Assembly (NCBI GenBank): GCA_051294905.1
Contig: CM119371.1
Span: 22,258,001 to 22,322,000, forward strand
Direction of reading: 5' to 3'
DNA length: 64,000 nt
Source of the DNA: Botryllus schlosseri
Lineage: Eukaryota
Both the position numbers and the translations under genes were made by a program. Below the pieces are notes generated by a model. The model saw only the letters and a list, made by a program, of their open reading frames with translations. It was not told the DNA's origin and made no database searches. Positions 1-12,000 of the stretch are shown in pieces. Each line of letters opens with the position of its first letter. Position 1 is the first letter of the stretch.

Positions 1-189
1 GAAATGTGTTATTTCCAGTAAAGTTCGTACTTCGTAGCTGTGTACTACGTTTCGTATGCCTATGCTGCGATACGGCTAATCAAGGTTTCAAGGCTTCCAC
101 AGTGGGAAATAGTATGAAAACTATAATTCTCGTTGAAAAATTAAATTAACTTTCAATGCTGAGGTGGGTATAATTCCAGCACTCGAACT

Positions 190-274
190 AATCTATTTTT
201 GACTACTCGACTCGAACTATTAAAATGAATACTCCTTTCAGATTCGTCTACTCGAATCATTGTGCCCAGCCCTA
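190..274. mobile_element. One end of a TAGGGCTGGGC-type hAT MITE (family G), partial
   Basis: Ends ...actcgaatcattgtgcccagcccta, the reverse complement of the left end of the complete copy at 33418; ACTCGA motifs; other end not found. Confidence 0.7.
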
Positions 275-422
275 TACGCAATACCTACTTGATTGCCCGA
301 GAAAGTAGAGGGACTTCGTAACTGCTCGCCTGTTTTTGTATTTTCTGTATATGTGATACCATCTCCGATAATAGTGCCTCGAAAACTTAAAATCGTTGAG
401 TAGAAGGGGAGTTAGTCTAAAT

Positions 423-1461
423 CAGGGGTGTCAAACATACGGCCCGCGGGCCGCATCCGGCCCGCGAAGCAATTTTGAGTGGATTAAAATAATGCTTATA
501 TTATCCAGCACATTTGTAACAAATGTTGAGATTTTTGCAGGAAATACTTCTATTGAATATTCCCCCAAGACAGCAAATGCCTATATAGCATGTTCAGTTC
601 ATAGGCGACATTATGTTGTTGTTTGCGGTATTCATGGTGTTTGTCGACTACAATGGCCATTTACACAAGGACGAGATTCCATGTTTGATTGCGTAATTGC
701 CGACTGTTAGCACGGCTCACTTCCAGACTTCTGTAAGACACCGCTTACGCGGATGAGATGATGAGGAGGAGCATAGATAATTCTCCAACATTTAGGTTGT
801 TGTCGTTCTGGAGTCCACCCGGATACCACCGACTACGGCGTTGTGGTTTCACTCTCTCTAATTCGAAAACGCTGAATGTGCGCACTGATTTCAGAGTTTT
901 GTGGAAAAACTGAACAAAAAGTAGTTATTCCCATAATAGAAAACGCCAACACGGCACCGATATATGCAGTTTACGTAGAAGATATATATCAGGTACACAA
1001 ATATATAATCCAAATATCAATGATCGCGCTGCTGTGTCACTTTCCACCCAATAGGTCCCCGGACTTTGAGAGAAACCCGACATGCGATTTCATAATAATA
1101 ACCTAAATTCGAACGTCCGTGTTTACAGTTGAATATCTTGTATTCCACACAGCGCATACGCTTGGCTGACGCCCCATTACTAATACAGCAAAGGGAGCAT
1201 AGAAATATGCCAACTTATATATTCGTTAGCGCCACTGTTTTATCGGTTCTTCAACTGTATTCAGCCGAACAATCATAATATTTTTGCCAATTCTATATAT
1301 TGTTCTATGAGCCGTGTATTATCCATATGCTTGATACTAAAATATTTAAGTGAAAAGCAAGGGTAGGAGGTAATATTTTGGAATCAGTTGACTGGTCCGG
1401 CCCGCGGGTGATTTGGAGCCTTGAATCCGGCCCGCGGCGCAATTTGAGTTTGACACCCCTG
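423..1461. mobile_element. Non-autonomous hAT (Buster/Charlie-like) element, 1039 bp
   Basis: 14-bp perfect TIR caggggtgtcaaac / gtttgacacccctg; subterminal ggcccgcgg motifs at both ends; 8-bp TSD gtctaaat (415-422) / gtctaaaa (1462-1469). Confidence 0.92.
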
Positions 1462-1586
1462 GTCTAAAATCTTAATCACCTGAGTAGGTAATACGAGTAG
1501 GCAGAATCTGCTTGATTAGTCCCCTTGACTAAAAATTGGAAGTACTTTTTTACTGACCTCCTCTGTTAAGGCGTTGAGATGGACGA

Positions 1587-1850
1587 TGGGGGTACTCAAA
1601 ACGACTTTTTCCAATTGTACTGGCTACTTGATAAAATTGATGGGTTACCTAAATAAAGGCTGCACGAAAATTTTGGTGCAATTCCAGCTCATGGTGTCAA
1701 AATAAATATAAAATCTTTCAAAAATTTTGCTGATTGCCCCATGAAATTGTTTGGTTGTCCGAAAAAAAAAACGATGCACGGCAAATTTGGATCAATCCCA
1801 ACGATGCACTGACTTCTAAGGCCTTCATTTTCAAATTCGTAAAGTAGTTT
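1587..1850. mobile_element. Diverged fragment of the foldback hAT MITE family
   Basis: ggggtactcaaaacgactttt...tactggctacttgataaaattg...ccccatgaaattg matches the left arm of 28632-29307; boundaries approximate. Confidence 0.7.
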
Positions 1851-1910
1851 TCTCATGTCTTGCAAATCGTCTCAACGTGCCCAACTGCCCACGCCGCTGA
1901 TAGTAATATA

Positions 1911-2305
1911 TAGGATTGCATTTAAAACAAATGGTTGTTTAAAACACATTGTTTTAAACAAAGGACTTTTGAAAATAGAATTGTGTTTCTTCAAGTTGCA
2001 AAATTATGCCGTAATTGTGTAAATACTTTCCAGAAAACATGTTCTATGAGCCTACGGACAGTTATCATCTGATATAGCCCACGTATGGTTGGCACCTTCA
2101 AAATGGTCGGTTCAACAGCTATAGTACGTAGATATTTCGTCAAATGAGCTACATTTACGCTACATTTTCAATTGTCAGTGTCAATCAACTATTACGTCAC
2201 ACTTAAATACTTGGTGACGTCATCGCTTAAAAAAGCATTATTTAAACAAGGGCCTTGTTTTAAACATGCTTGTTTTAAAATGATTTTTGTTTTGAATACA
2301 ACCGA
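1911..2305. mobile_element. Degenerate MITE-like inverted-repeat element
   Basis: Left taggattgcatttaaaacaaa...tttaaaaca motifs are mirrored by ...tgttttaaa...tttgttttgaatacaacc on the right; no clear TSD. Confidence 0.5.
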
Positions 2306-3004
2306 GACACACTGGCGTGATTTCCCATTACCCTACCTCATCTTTACGAGAGGCTTATATGGGAATCCTCATGTAACCTGATTTGAATCGATGCGCGCGC
2401 CAACATGTGTTTTGAAACATCGATTTTCTTACACGAACACAATACATATTCAATTGGAAGCGCGTCAACAGGCTGCGCATTACAACCTTTTCCCAAGTAT
2501 GGTGCGCTATTGACCTTTATGAGATCGTATCTTCCAGTGCTGATTGAACATAGATTGCACGGGTTCAAGGACTCTGAATATGACGGCAGTCGTGTAAAGA
2601 ATGTTCGATTGTATACTATATTGGCTTGAGATCATGTGAAAATGTCGCCGTCCGTAGTGGCGATGCTTTTCATCCGATAAGCGCGCGATTGGTGTAGTAA
2701 AACTCGTTGGAAACATGGGATTATTTTGACCCGGAACGACTCGACTGTTTCCAAGTCATACGCACAACACACGCCCTTATACTGTGGTGCAGTGCGTGAT
2801 ACCGGATTTAGCAAATGTTGACCGGAGCTTGATTCTAATCGGAGTTGCTGTTTGCTTACCTATATTATACTGTCAGGTGTCCGATTTCGTCAGTTTTGTT
2901 AAAAAAAACTGCTATGTCTTACATATAACTGGTCTTAGCAGAGTTGTAGGCTAGTTTTGAATAGTTTCGTACATCAGTTATGCCATTGTGACAAAAGATA
3001 AGTC

Positions 3005-3301
3005 CAGGGATTCTCAACCTGCGGGGCGCGCCCCCTTGAGGGGCGTGAAACATCTGAAGGGGGGCGCGAAGAAGCGGTCACTTGAAAAAAATATTCCTGC
3101 TCGGCGCGAGTTACCTCCAATACACGCGTGTTTCTCTCTATATAGACCCAATTTCATATTTTTTTAATTCTCTCATCAACATTCATAACCGACCATACCA
3201 CCAAACAAGCTGTTGGGGTTGCTAGCATCCCAGTTGGGTTTTGTGATATGACGATAAGGGGGGCCCGAAATTTTTCATTCTCAAAAAGGGGGGCGTGTCT
3301 C
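3005..3301. mobile_element. hAT MITE family C, right end truncated
   Basis: Starts cagggattctcaacc; interior aligns by eye with 53436-53714; right TIR missing. Confidence 0.8.
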
Positions 3302-4573
3302 TATATTAGGCCATAAATCGTTTTAACTTACGCTCTGAATTTCTGAATTTCATATTCAATTTGAATTTGGTGCTTTATTTTTCAAATTGAAGGATAATCC
3401 TTCAGTCTCCTGTGCAATTAAGAATGAAATTGAAATACATTTGTCGAGCCGACCGGAAAGTTGTCGCAGTCCGGCACTGATCTATGTGCCGGCATTTAAG
3501 AACCACTGGCTCAGGGTCAAGCCACATAGTAGTGATGTTGCATTATACGGCAAAGCTGGATTATACTTTCCAGATTTCCATTCCGTCGGTGTTCTAAAAT
3601 GGAAAATCTTGGAAGACCTTTAAGATAGTATTTAGCAAAATATTGGGAGTCGTTTAATGTCGAGAATATTCGTCCGAAATGCTTCCATTTACGGCAGTAG
3701 CAAAATAGTCCTGATTCACCTGCGCATTTTTAATTAGTAGGCCGTACATTTCTCATAAGCTCGCAACTGAAGTACGGGAGAAAATCTATGCATCCGCACT
3801 TATACTTGCTGTATTGGCATTTGTTCGCGAGTCATAGCACGCGAATTAATTCCAAATCCAGCACTCGACTTTGAACATAGCCTATGGGCTGCTGTAATCC
3901 AACTTATGTAGGTAAACACGAGCGCACTCGGCTTTAAACGGACGGCAGGAAAATTTCGGACCTGTTTAGCGTAGCAGGCGGCGCCAGTAGTACCATGTAG
4001 CTGTACCAGTTATTAGGCTTTTGATTTGATGAGTATTGTTTGCCGTTGGAAAAGTGTACGCGGGCTTTTATTGCGCTCGCTCAACATGGAATAATGTTAT
4101 TGTTACGTCATTGTCTTAATAATAATAATTGTATTACGTACTTATTACGTACTAACAGACTTCAACAACTACATTATTCTAGCAGTCTATGCCGGTAATC
4201 TAATTCTAATCTAAGTTGTGATATGTGTCTATGCTATAATTTTAATTCTAATATAATTGTGGATTTATTGAAAATGCTACACGGTACCTGCATAGTGCCA
4301 GACGATCCACGTTTGCATTACAGACTCGTGTCATTCACGTGTTCAGAGGGATGAACTCAGATGTGATTTGAAGTGATTTTGATCTAATTTCTGATATCCA
4401 AACGGATTTAGTAATTCAAATTCTAATATTATTTAGAAACAATTGTGTAGGTGTAATCCTAATTCTGATGTAATTTGAAAAATAATGTAGCTATGATTCG
4501 ATTTGCAGTCTAATTTAGAATAAACTATGTCGCTATAAATCTAATTCCATTATAATTTGGAAAAGATGAACAT

Positions 4574-5190
4574 TAGGGCTGTTCAAAAATAACTTTTTTT
4601 CTCCGATTCAAGCCGGTCACCTCTTAAATCGTCAGGTTGCAGTAGAAAACCTTGCTCACCAAATTTCACTCGATTCCAACCAGTAAAGGCCTCCGCAGAT
4701 CCAATTGAAAATTTTAATTTATTATGGAAAATTAAAAAAAAAAAATTCCAATTTTTTTTGCCAACCCCATGAAATTGTTGAGCTGTCTTCAAAGACGGTG
4801 CAAAACAAATTTGAGTCAATTCCGACCAGTAGAAGCGGAGTTATGTGAGTTTTTCGTTGCTAAATCGCGGATTATCCACCAATCAAGGATAATCCGAGAA
4901 ATATCATCGAAAAACTCACATAACTCCGCTTCTACTGGTCGGAATTGACTCAAATTTGTTTTGCAACGTCTTTGAAGACAGCTCAACAATTTCATGGGGT
5001 TGGCAAAAAAATTTGGAATTTTTTTTTTTTAATTTTCCATAATAAATTAAAATTTTTAATTGGATCTGCGGAGGCCTTTACTGGTTGGAATCGAGTGAAA
5101 TTTGGTGAGCAAGGTTTTCTACTGCAACCTGACGATTTAAGAGGTGACCGGCTTGAATCGGGGAAAAAAAGTTATTTTTGAACAGCCCTA
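4574..5190. mobile_element. Foldback (near-perfect palindrome) hAT MITE, 617 bp
   Basis: tagggctgttcaaaaataac...gttatttttgaacagcccta; ~283-bp inverted arms (mirror ORFs 4583-4819 and 4945-5181 are nearly identical); perfect 8-bp TSD atgaacat (4566-4573, 5191-5198). Confidence 0.95.
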
Positions 5191-8100
5191 ATGAACATCT
5201 TCAAGTTGTCAAATTCTGTGTACCATGAAATCTTTTTATCTACTGGCTATGTTATCAAAGTTGCCAATCGTTCGCCGTGAATGTTATGATTATCGCAGAG
5301 ATATACTGGGGCTTATTAACTATGTGTAATTGATAATAGCTATTGCTCCCAGGATATACTGACCGAGAGCTTGCAGAGAAATGGCCTTTCTGAAATGAGG
5401 TCACGCTGTATTAACCTATAACAGATGTCAGGGTGCTCCGTCGTTAGCGATTCGTGAATTACAGGGGTTATACAAGACCACAGTTTTAGGGTCACAGGCA
5501 ACGCCGCTAGTCAGCACGAGACGCGTTCGGGTTCAGCTGTTCGATTCGGTAATTAGTGACGTAATTTTGTCTGGTGGGCGTACTGGTTTTCTCAATTTCG
5601 TGCCGATTTGAAACAGTTTCTATTGAGGCGATTCAAACACACTCTCCGTCTTCTCATCTCTGTGGCGTCACGGTTTCGTAGTGATGTCACCACTTTCATT
5701 ACCGTAGCGGTCGTGTACTCTCCTGAATTTGGTCGACTTTCTACTCGTCTTCAAACCAGTCGCGCGTAGCTGTGTACGCTTTGCCTATTTACACTGCCTA
5801 CACTAGTGGCGACATTTTTGGCCTACTTAGACTTATATCTACGTTTTCAATGAACTTGATGATTGCCACGTTGTCGAGTGAACTATTCATGATCAACGGC
5901 GATTGGTAACAAAAGTGTTTGATGCTTAGATCAATATAGCTCCTGAAACTACTTACTTTCAAGTACTTTTCGTATACTTCGTTTTCAACTTTTGTTTGTA
6001 CTATGTCTAGCATTGAAGTGTCCTACATTTTGACTTAGGTTTTTTGTTTTTGGCTTCGACTTGTACTATGTCTACCTTTGAAGTGTCCTACATTTCTACT
6101 TGGTTGGTAAGTGAGTAGAATATTGTAGCGTTAGCTCTACTTGTGTGAAAGGCGGTCAGTAATCAAGTACTACTACTCTTTATTTGTACACAAGTATATT
6201 ATGTCTACTTTGCGTTACTTACCAGGATACCAAGGTATATTTCTAGGGTATTCCCGCGTCTACTTGACGGTTTATATGGGCAGAATTACTTGATTTCCAC
6301 ACATTGTATTTCGAAAACTAGATAGTAGTCTTGGTTTAATTTTTCGTCAATTTTATGAGTGAAATCGTCATAGCCCTTGTATTACAGTAAACTGACATAT
6401 GTTCGTTTATCGCACCTATCTGTAGCGTCGTTTAGCGTTAATCACGAATACGCATCCGGGAATTTCAAATGTACCGATCCTTCGGTCAGATCTACTTTTG
6501 AAACTATTCACTTGGTATTTTTCACACCTTCTGTTTCTGGTTCCACTACAAGTGATCTTGGCATATCTCGGAAATGGCTTCGGTACTCTTTATTGTAATT
6601 GCGTTGGGTATTACTGCGTTACTTACACGGCTACTTGAGTAGCGACACGGACTCTTTTGAACTCCTGTGTTTGTACTTGAGCAATATTTATGGCTATTTC
6701 GATCATACCCGGACATTGATACTTATTGTAAGCTCGAATGCGATGACCGCAAAGCGGCAACTGTGGCGTACCGCGTCGATTTGTAACATGACCCGGCGAT
6801 CTATAATCCCGTCTGCTATCATGGGAAATGTAACAATGCCACGGGAATGCAATCAATTTTGGATTACTTCCCGTATTGGTGTAATCACTGACACCAGCGT
6901 CGCTGTATCGCAGTGTCGCGTGTGACGCAAGGTTTGAACCGGCGTGCGTAAGGATCGCGCATGCTAACCGGGGTTCCCACGGCTGCATTTTATCGCGGTT
7001 TGTTGGTAACAGTCAACTCATTCAACTAGCTGCGATTGTGGCCTGCGTTATCGCTTGTCAGTCGCTGTTGGCCTGCGTTATCGGAGATGACATGAGATTA
7101 CTTTGACGAGCTTTCCCGGCTGTCACTGTAGTGTGGGTGCCGTAGGAGCGTAGGTTTTTCGTGTTGTTGACATAAATGAGCACAGATGTATATTTGTATT
7201 TGATAAACACGAATTTGTTGCGAGTCGTACAGGACAAGTGATTCGATCGCGAATCGAAGGTATGAGCCTTAAGTACTATCACTCAGTACTACGTCATAGC
7301 CGTATGAAAGATGTGGAAGTTGAAATATGTACCTTTTATGCCGTCACAGGGAATATGAAGCGAGTTCTATATCACCTTGAATATAAATTGGTGTTTTTAT
7401 ACCATGTCGATTTCATTGCATTTTGTGACAATGCTGTTGGTTGATCATGACGTCACGGATATGTCATATTCACTTCTACTTGACCATTTTTTGCTAATAC
7501 TGGCCCAATTTTTGAACATGTGATTGTATAATGTAGAATTTGGTTTTGGGGTGTGTTTAGAGATGTCTTGCTGATCACGTACTGTCACTCGCACGTGACT
7601 AGAAATTCACGACGTATCTTCATTCCTGAATACTAATCATGACCACTTCGCCCACCTCTGGCATATATTTCAGCGCGTAGATCATGCCAGGCTAGTACGG
7701 TATGGGCCATACTTGATTTATGAAGCGGACCGCAGACCTCCGAGCCTGTAAACCACCACACCGCTACAGGCCATACGCTACACTTCAAGTTCGTCCGCAC
7801 ATCTGCTAACGCCCGCAATTACGCCAATCGGGCGCATGTGATACATCCCATTCAGAGTCACGAATTTGGTGCGTGCAATGCGGGAATTAGCCGTTCGATA
7901 ACCACACACATTACAATAAGGGAATCGAGATGCAGGCAGATTTTATAGCATAATTAGAATGGCACGCGGGGACTATTTCATGCGCATCATATGCCGATAT
8001 TGATCGCTCGCGAAGGTGGTCCTAATCGTTAAACATATGCGCAATTTGCGGCTAGCAGTGCGAGCAACCGCGCGGCGATATTGTACAGAAATAGAGCCAC

Positions 8101-8498
8101 AGTCGAAGGCGGGAGGTATATTTGTAATCTTTTCCTGCGCAGATCGCGCATTCCATTCTTAGCCCGCGTTGATGGAAGTATTCCATCATACACGGATAAC
8201 GTCATACCCCCTCAGGCGTTGCAGCTTAAAAAAAGCAGCAAACCGCGTCCTACTGCGCATGCTACCTTGTGTGCGAGATGTTACCGTAAACATTGTTGAC
8301 TGTATTGCATTTTGGGATTCGCGATTGGTTGTTATTAATACACTTGCGGCGACGATGTGGATGTAAGCAATAAGAGATGAGTGTGGATTTAATGTTCCAG
8401 TCCAAATCTTATTCTGGATTTTACCTCCATACCCAAGTCCAAATCCAAATCTTTAATTCATTTCTGAGCATATGCGAATCCACGTCTAAATTCGGTAA

Positions 8499-9044
8499 TG
8501 GGGCAATTTCTTCAACTTTTGCAACTTTTTTTTACAGCTTCCGTCAGCTTCGTAAATGCGCAGAAGTTATGTAGTATGTTGTTTTAAGCTGTTTGGGGGA
8601 ATCTTAGACTGCACATTTTTGCAACTTTTTCGACTTTTTGTGCAACTTTTTGCAAGTTTTTTCTCGATTTATCATGTAACTTACTTTTCATTGGAACCAT
8701 TTGGCGCCACGTGTAAATAGATCGCTTCATTATTTCACTGTCTTGTAAAATTGAGGCCCTTTCTGATTTGACGTATACGACATCAAAGCTAGGCCGCCTA
8801 AAATTCTATTTTCAACAGGTCAATTTTTCAGGCTATTGATTTTTTTGAAGTCGCCAACACTGAGTTTGCTACAGTTCCGAATCGAGTAACTCATACCGTA
8901 ATAATTTCAAGGAACTTGTTCATGAATGCAACTCTCTAGGGCAACTTTTGTGAAAAATTAATGCAACATTTTACTGCAACTTTAGTGAGAAATAAATGTA
9001 ACTTTCCACGAATTTGACTGCAACAAAAATGTGCCTTTGCCCAA
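8499..9044. mobile_element. MITE family H (GCAACTTTT-rich), inverted relative to 36412-36795
   Basis: gggcaa...ttgccc termini; interior is the reverse complement of the 36412-36795 element; TSD ambiguous. Confidence 0.7.
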
Positions 9045-12000
9045 GTAATGACCCAAAATTGAATCGCATTCGAACTTGATAATGATACGAATTCGCCCGT
9101 TCACATTCAAATCTAGCTACGCCAAAGTCTTAAAATCAAATCTATAAAATGAAGCTTTTTGTTAGCAATGCCGTGCTCGATTTCTCACTGCTCTTATAGA
9201 GTAAGCTTACATGTTCTCGCATGAGCATGGGTTTTGGTTCTAACAGACATGGGTTTAGATATTTTGGCTTGATTTGGATCGGATCTGGATGAAACGGAAC
9301 TCGATTAGGATGATTTCCAGTAAGTGCGTCCACAATTTCCAGGCAGCTTTACAATGAATTTGAGCAATGACACCTGATTTGGATTAGATTCGTCATTTAG
9401 ACGTGAATCAGAATGTTTCCCCGGTAGGACTTCAAAACACTAAATCTGCTCATGCTCATCTACGGCAGCAGTATGTGCGCTTGTAAGTGACTGGCTTTTG
9501 TGTACTTGAAGGGAGTCGCTGGTAGCGATTTTGGTGTCTCATGGAAACCGGCTCATCGACCGCGCTATTTCGAGCGATTGTGACGTACCGTCGCTTTTGT
9601 TTGGGTGCCCATCGGGTCTAAATTTAGCGTTGTTGGCTCGAGTGTTCGCTAATTTTGGACATTTTGATTAATAGCGTTCAGGCATGTTATTTCTATTATT
9701 CCTTCACACTTATCCCGGATGGCTTGTTTCGTTAGTATTCTGCACCAGTGCAATAATAGCAAACGATACCACCCTTGAGAAAACTTCGGTGAAAGCAGAA
9801 TTCTTCCCTCAGTAAAGAAGGGCACATCAGTATTTTGCTTGAATCTCTTTCAAATGACGTCACACTGACCAGTATTATCACGCACTGAAGACTTACGTAT
9901 CCTCGCCACGCAATGTGAAAGCGCAACACTATCTCGTGCTTAATATTAAGTATTAATGCTTCGAGCAATTTTGCGTTTTATCACGCAATCGCAAGCTCTC
10001 TGTCCAATGCTCACCTTCAAATGCTCGGCAGATAACGCGTCGCCCCGGCAACCGACTCATTAAAAAGAGCTTGCTACCGATATCAATCGGGATGTATGTA
10101 TAAATTTTTTCCATTAGAATTCCAGGGATCTTTCATCTGGGATGCACCGAGATTTGAAATCGCAACAAACGTTAGCAATTTGAGCAAACAAAGTAAAATA
10201 ACCGTGTCTATTTGTGGCCAAACGCGTATTCTCTCGGAAAATGGATAGTCTCTGGGGTGACATTTTATATTTTAGCGCGAGTCAGTATGTGGCCAAGCCC
10301 CGTTCATCCCTTAGCCGCAATAAATCCTCGTAAATCAAAACTGCTAGATCCTTATCTCGGCTTCGAAGGATTATAATCTAAGATTAATTTAATCCCCGGG
10401 AATGTCTCGCAACACTGGCTCCGTCCAGTATGTCGTAGTCTCAGGTGGATGATAGGTATTCCAGAAGCTAATATAGAATCGAAGATTAAATCCAAAATAC
10501 CGGGACTAACCGACGATATTAATCATTAGGCGCGCGCGCGTGTTGTCAGATGCTCGCAATTCTAGTAAGTAGAGATTAGCAGATCAGACCGATTCCAAGC
10601 CTCTTGTTCGCTCGCTTCGGTGGTTCGTTCTCAGGCGAATGCTTTATATTGGCTCTGCGAGCGTACAGGTGTGTTCGATTATAGTTGTTGATGTCCTTTT
10701 CGATGTTGTAAAGGTGCGATCCATCGCCGCAGAATGTTGGCCTCTTTTCTGTATAGATTCGGCACAAATTTCTCTCGGATTACTGGCAAAGAAAAGCAAA
10801 CTACTGACGTAATGTTTTTATTTGCTCTCCAAGTCGGCAGTGAAAGACATTTTTGCTGTGGAGAGAGGAGATTCGCTTTTTCAGTCGGTTACAGCAACGT
10901 GCCAGGTTGTGAGCTTTGATGTATTGAGAATGGTGGCGGGTTAATTAGAGTGTAGTTGCAGACAGTATTATCAGGTACTGGCATCTGTACCGTACATTTT
11001 AACAGATATTTGTGTTGTTGTGAAGTGCAGTGTACTGTGGATAGCATATTTAGCGTCGCTAGACGGTCTTATATCGTATACTGTGTATATGATGATGATA
11101 TTCTGAATTTGGAAGTAGCTCTAGTGCTGTTCGGGTGTTTTTACGCCGGCGAATTTGCTTTATCACGCCGAAGCTTGATAATTGATGATTCTGACGACGC
11201 TGATTGATTAACTTTCTGATGTCACAACGGCAATATCTGTGTGTTTAGGTGCGACTGTGATGTCACATTGTCGCCGGTCTCGCGTCAGTCGACGACAGAA
11301 TCGCGTAGCTCTTGCGTGACACCGGTATAGGAAATTCTGTAAACAATATAGTCATCAATTCAACCCCGCTTGAACCAAAGTTACGCTGTGCACATGCCGT
11401 TTTTGCCGTGGCGAGGTACCTTCGATAACGGCAGGTATATACGTATATGAGAAATGAAATATTCATGCCTGATTATGGCGAGTTTGACATTTCGAGAAAA
11501 TTAAGGTCACTTTGAACAGTGCAGTGGCTGTTTTACCGTAATACGAAACGGGGCGTAGCACATATGTCAAAGCCAGGATAATACACCAATGTTAGGTTGT
11601 TAGCTTGTGATTATGCCGTATTCGTGTGCATCATTACCCCAACTGTCTTGTTTGTCGTAACCTCTTGTTATTGGCGGCATCTTCGTGGTTCCTTAGTCAG
11701 AAAGCAGTTATTAGGATCAGCGTACCACAATTACTTTTCCGAATATAGTCGGTATTTTCAAATGCGATTAACGCGTTAAGGTCGGTAACCGTCATTGACC
11801 TAGTCGACTTCTAGTAATAACGAAAATACGCGGTTGTCTTCTTTACTATGCGATGTTGGACTGTATGAAGTGCTATTGTCTCGTGGAGTTATGTTTCAGA
11901 GGGCTCTTACCGGAGAATGATGCCGCGCGTGTAGTGTACATTTTAGTTTACGAAGCGAGGGATTCATTTCTATGATGGTATCAGTCGATTGCTTTTAGTG

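Noticed and set aside
4583-5181. Two near-identical 78-aa ORFs on opposite strands
   Set aside because: Translations of the two arms of a palindromic MITE
6787-6891. NPVCYHGKCNNATG resembles an EGF-like motif
   Set aside because: 34-codon stop-bounded stretch, remaining cysteines missing, no usable splice sites
10635-10810. Possible small exons (RMLYIGSASVQ, reminiscent of a PTB-domain YxGS strand, and FGTNFSRITGKEKQTTD)
   Set aside because: The two pieces do not join in frame and cannot be linked to the exon chain
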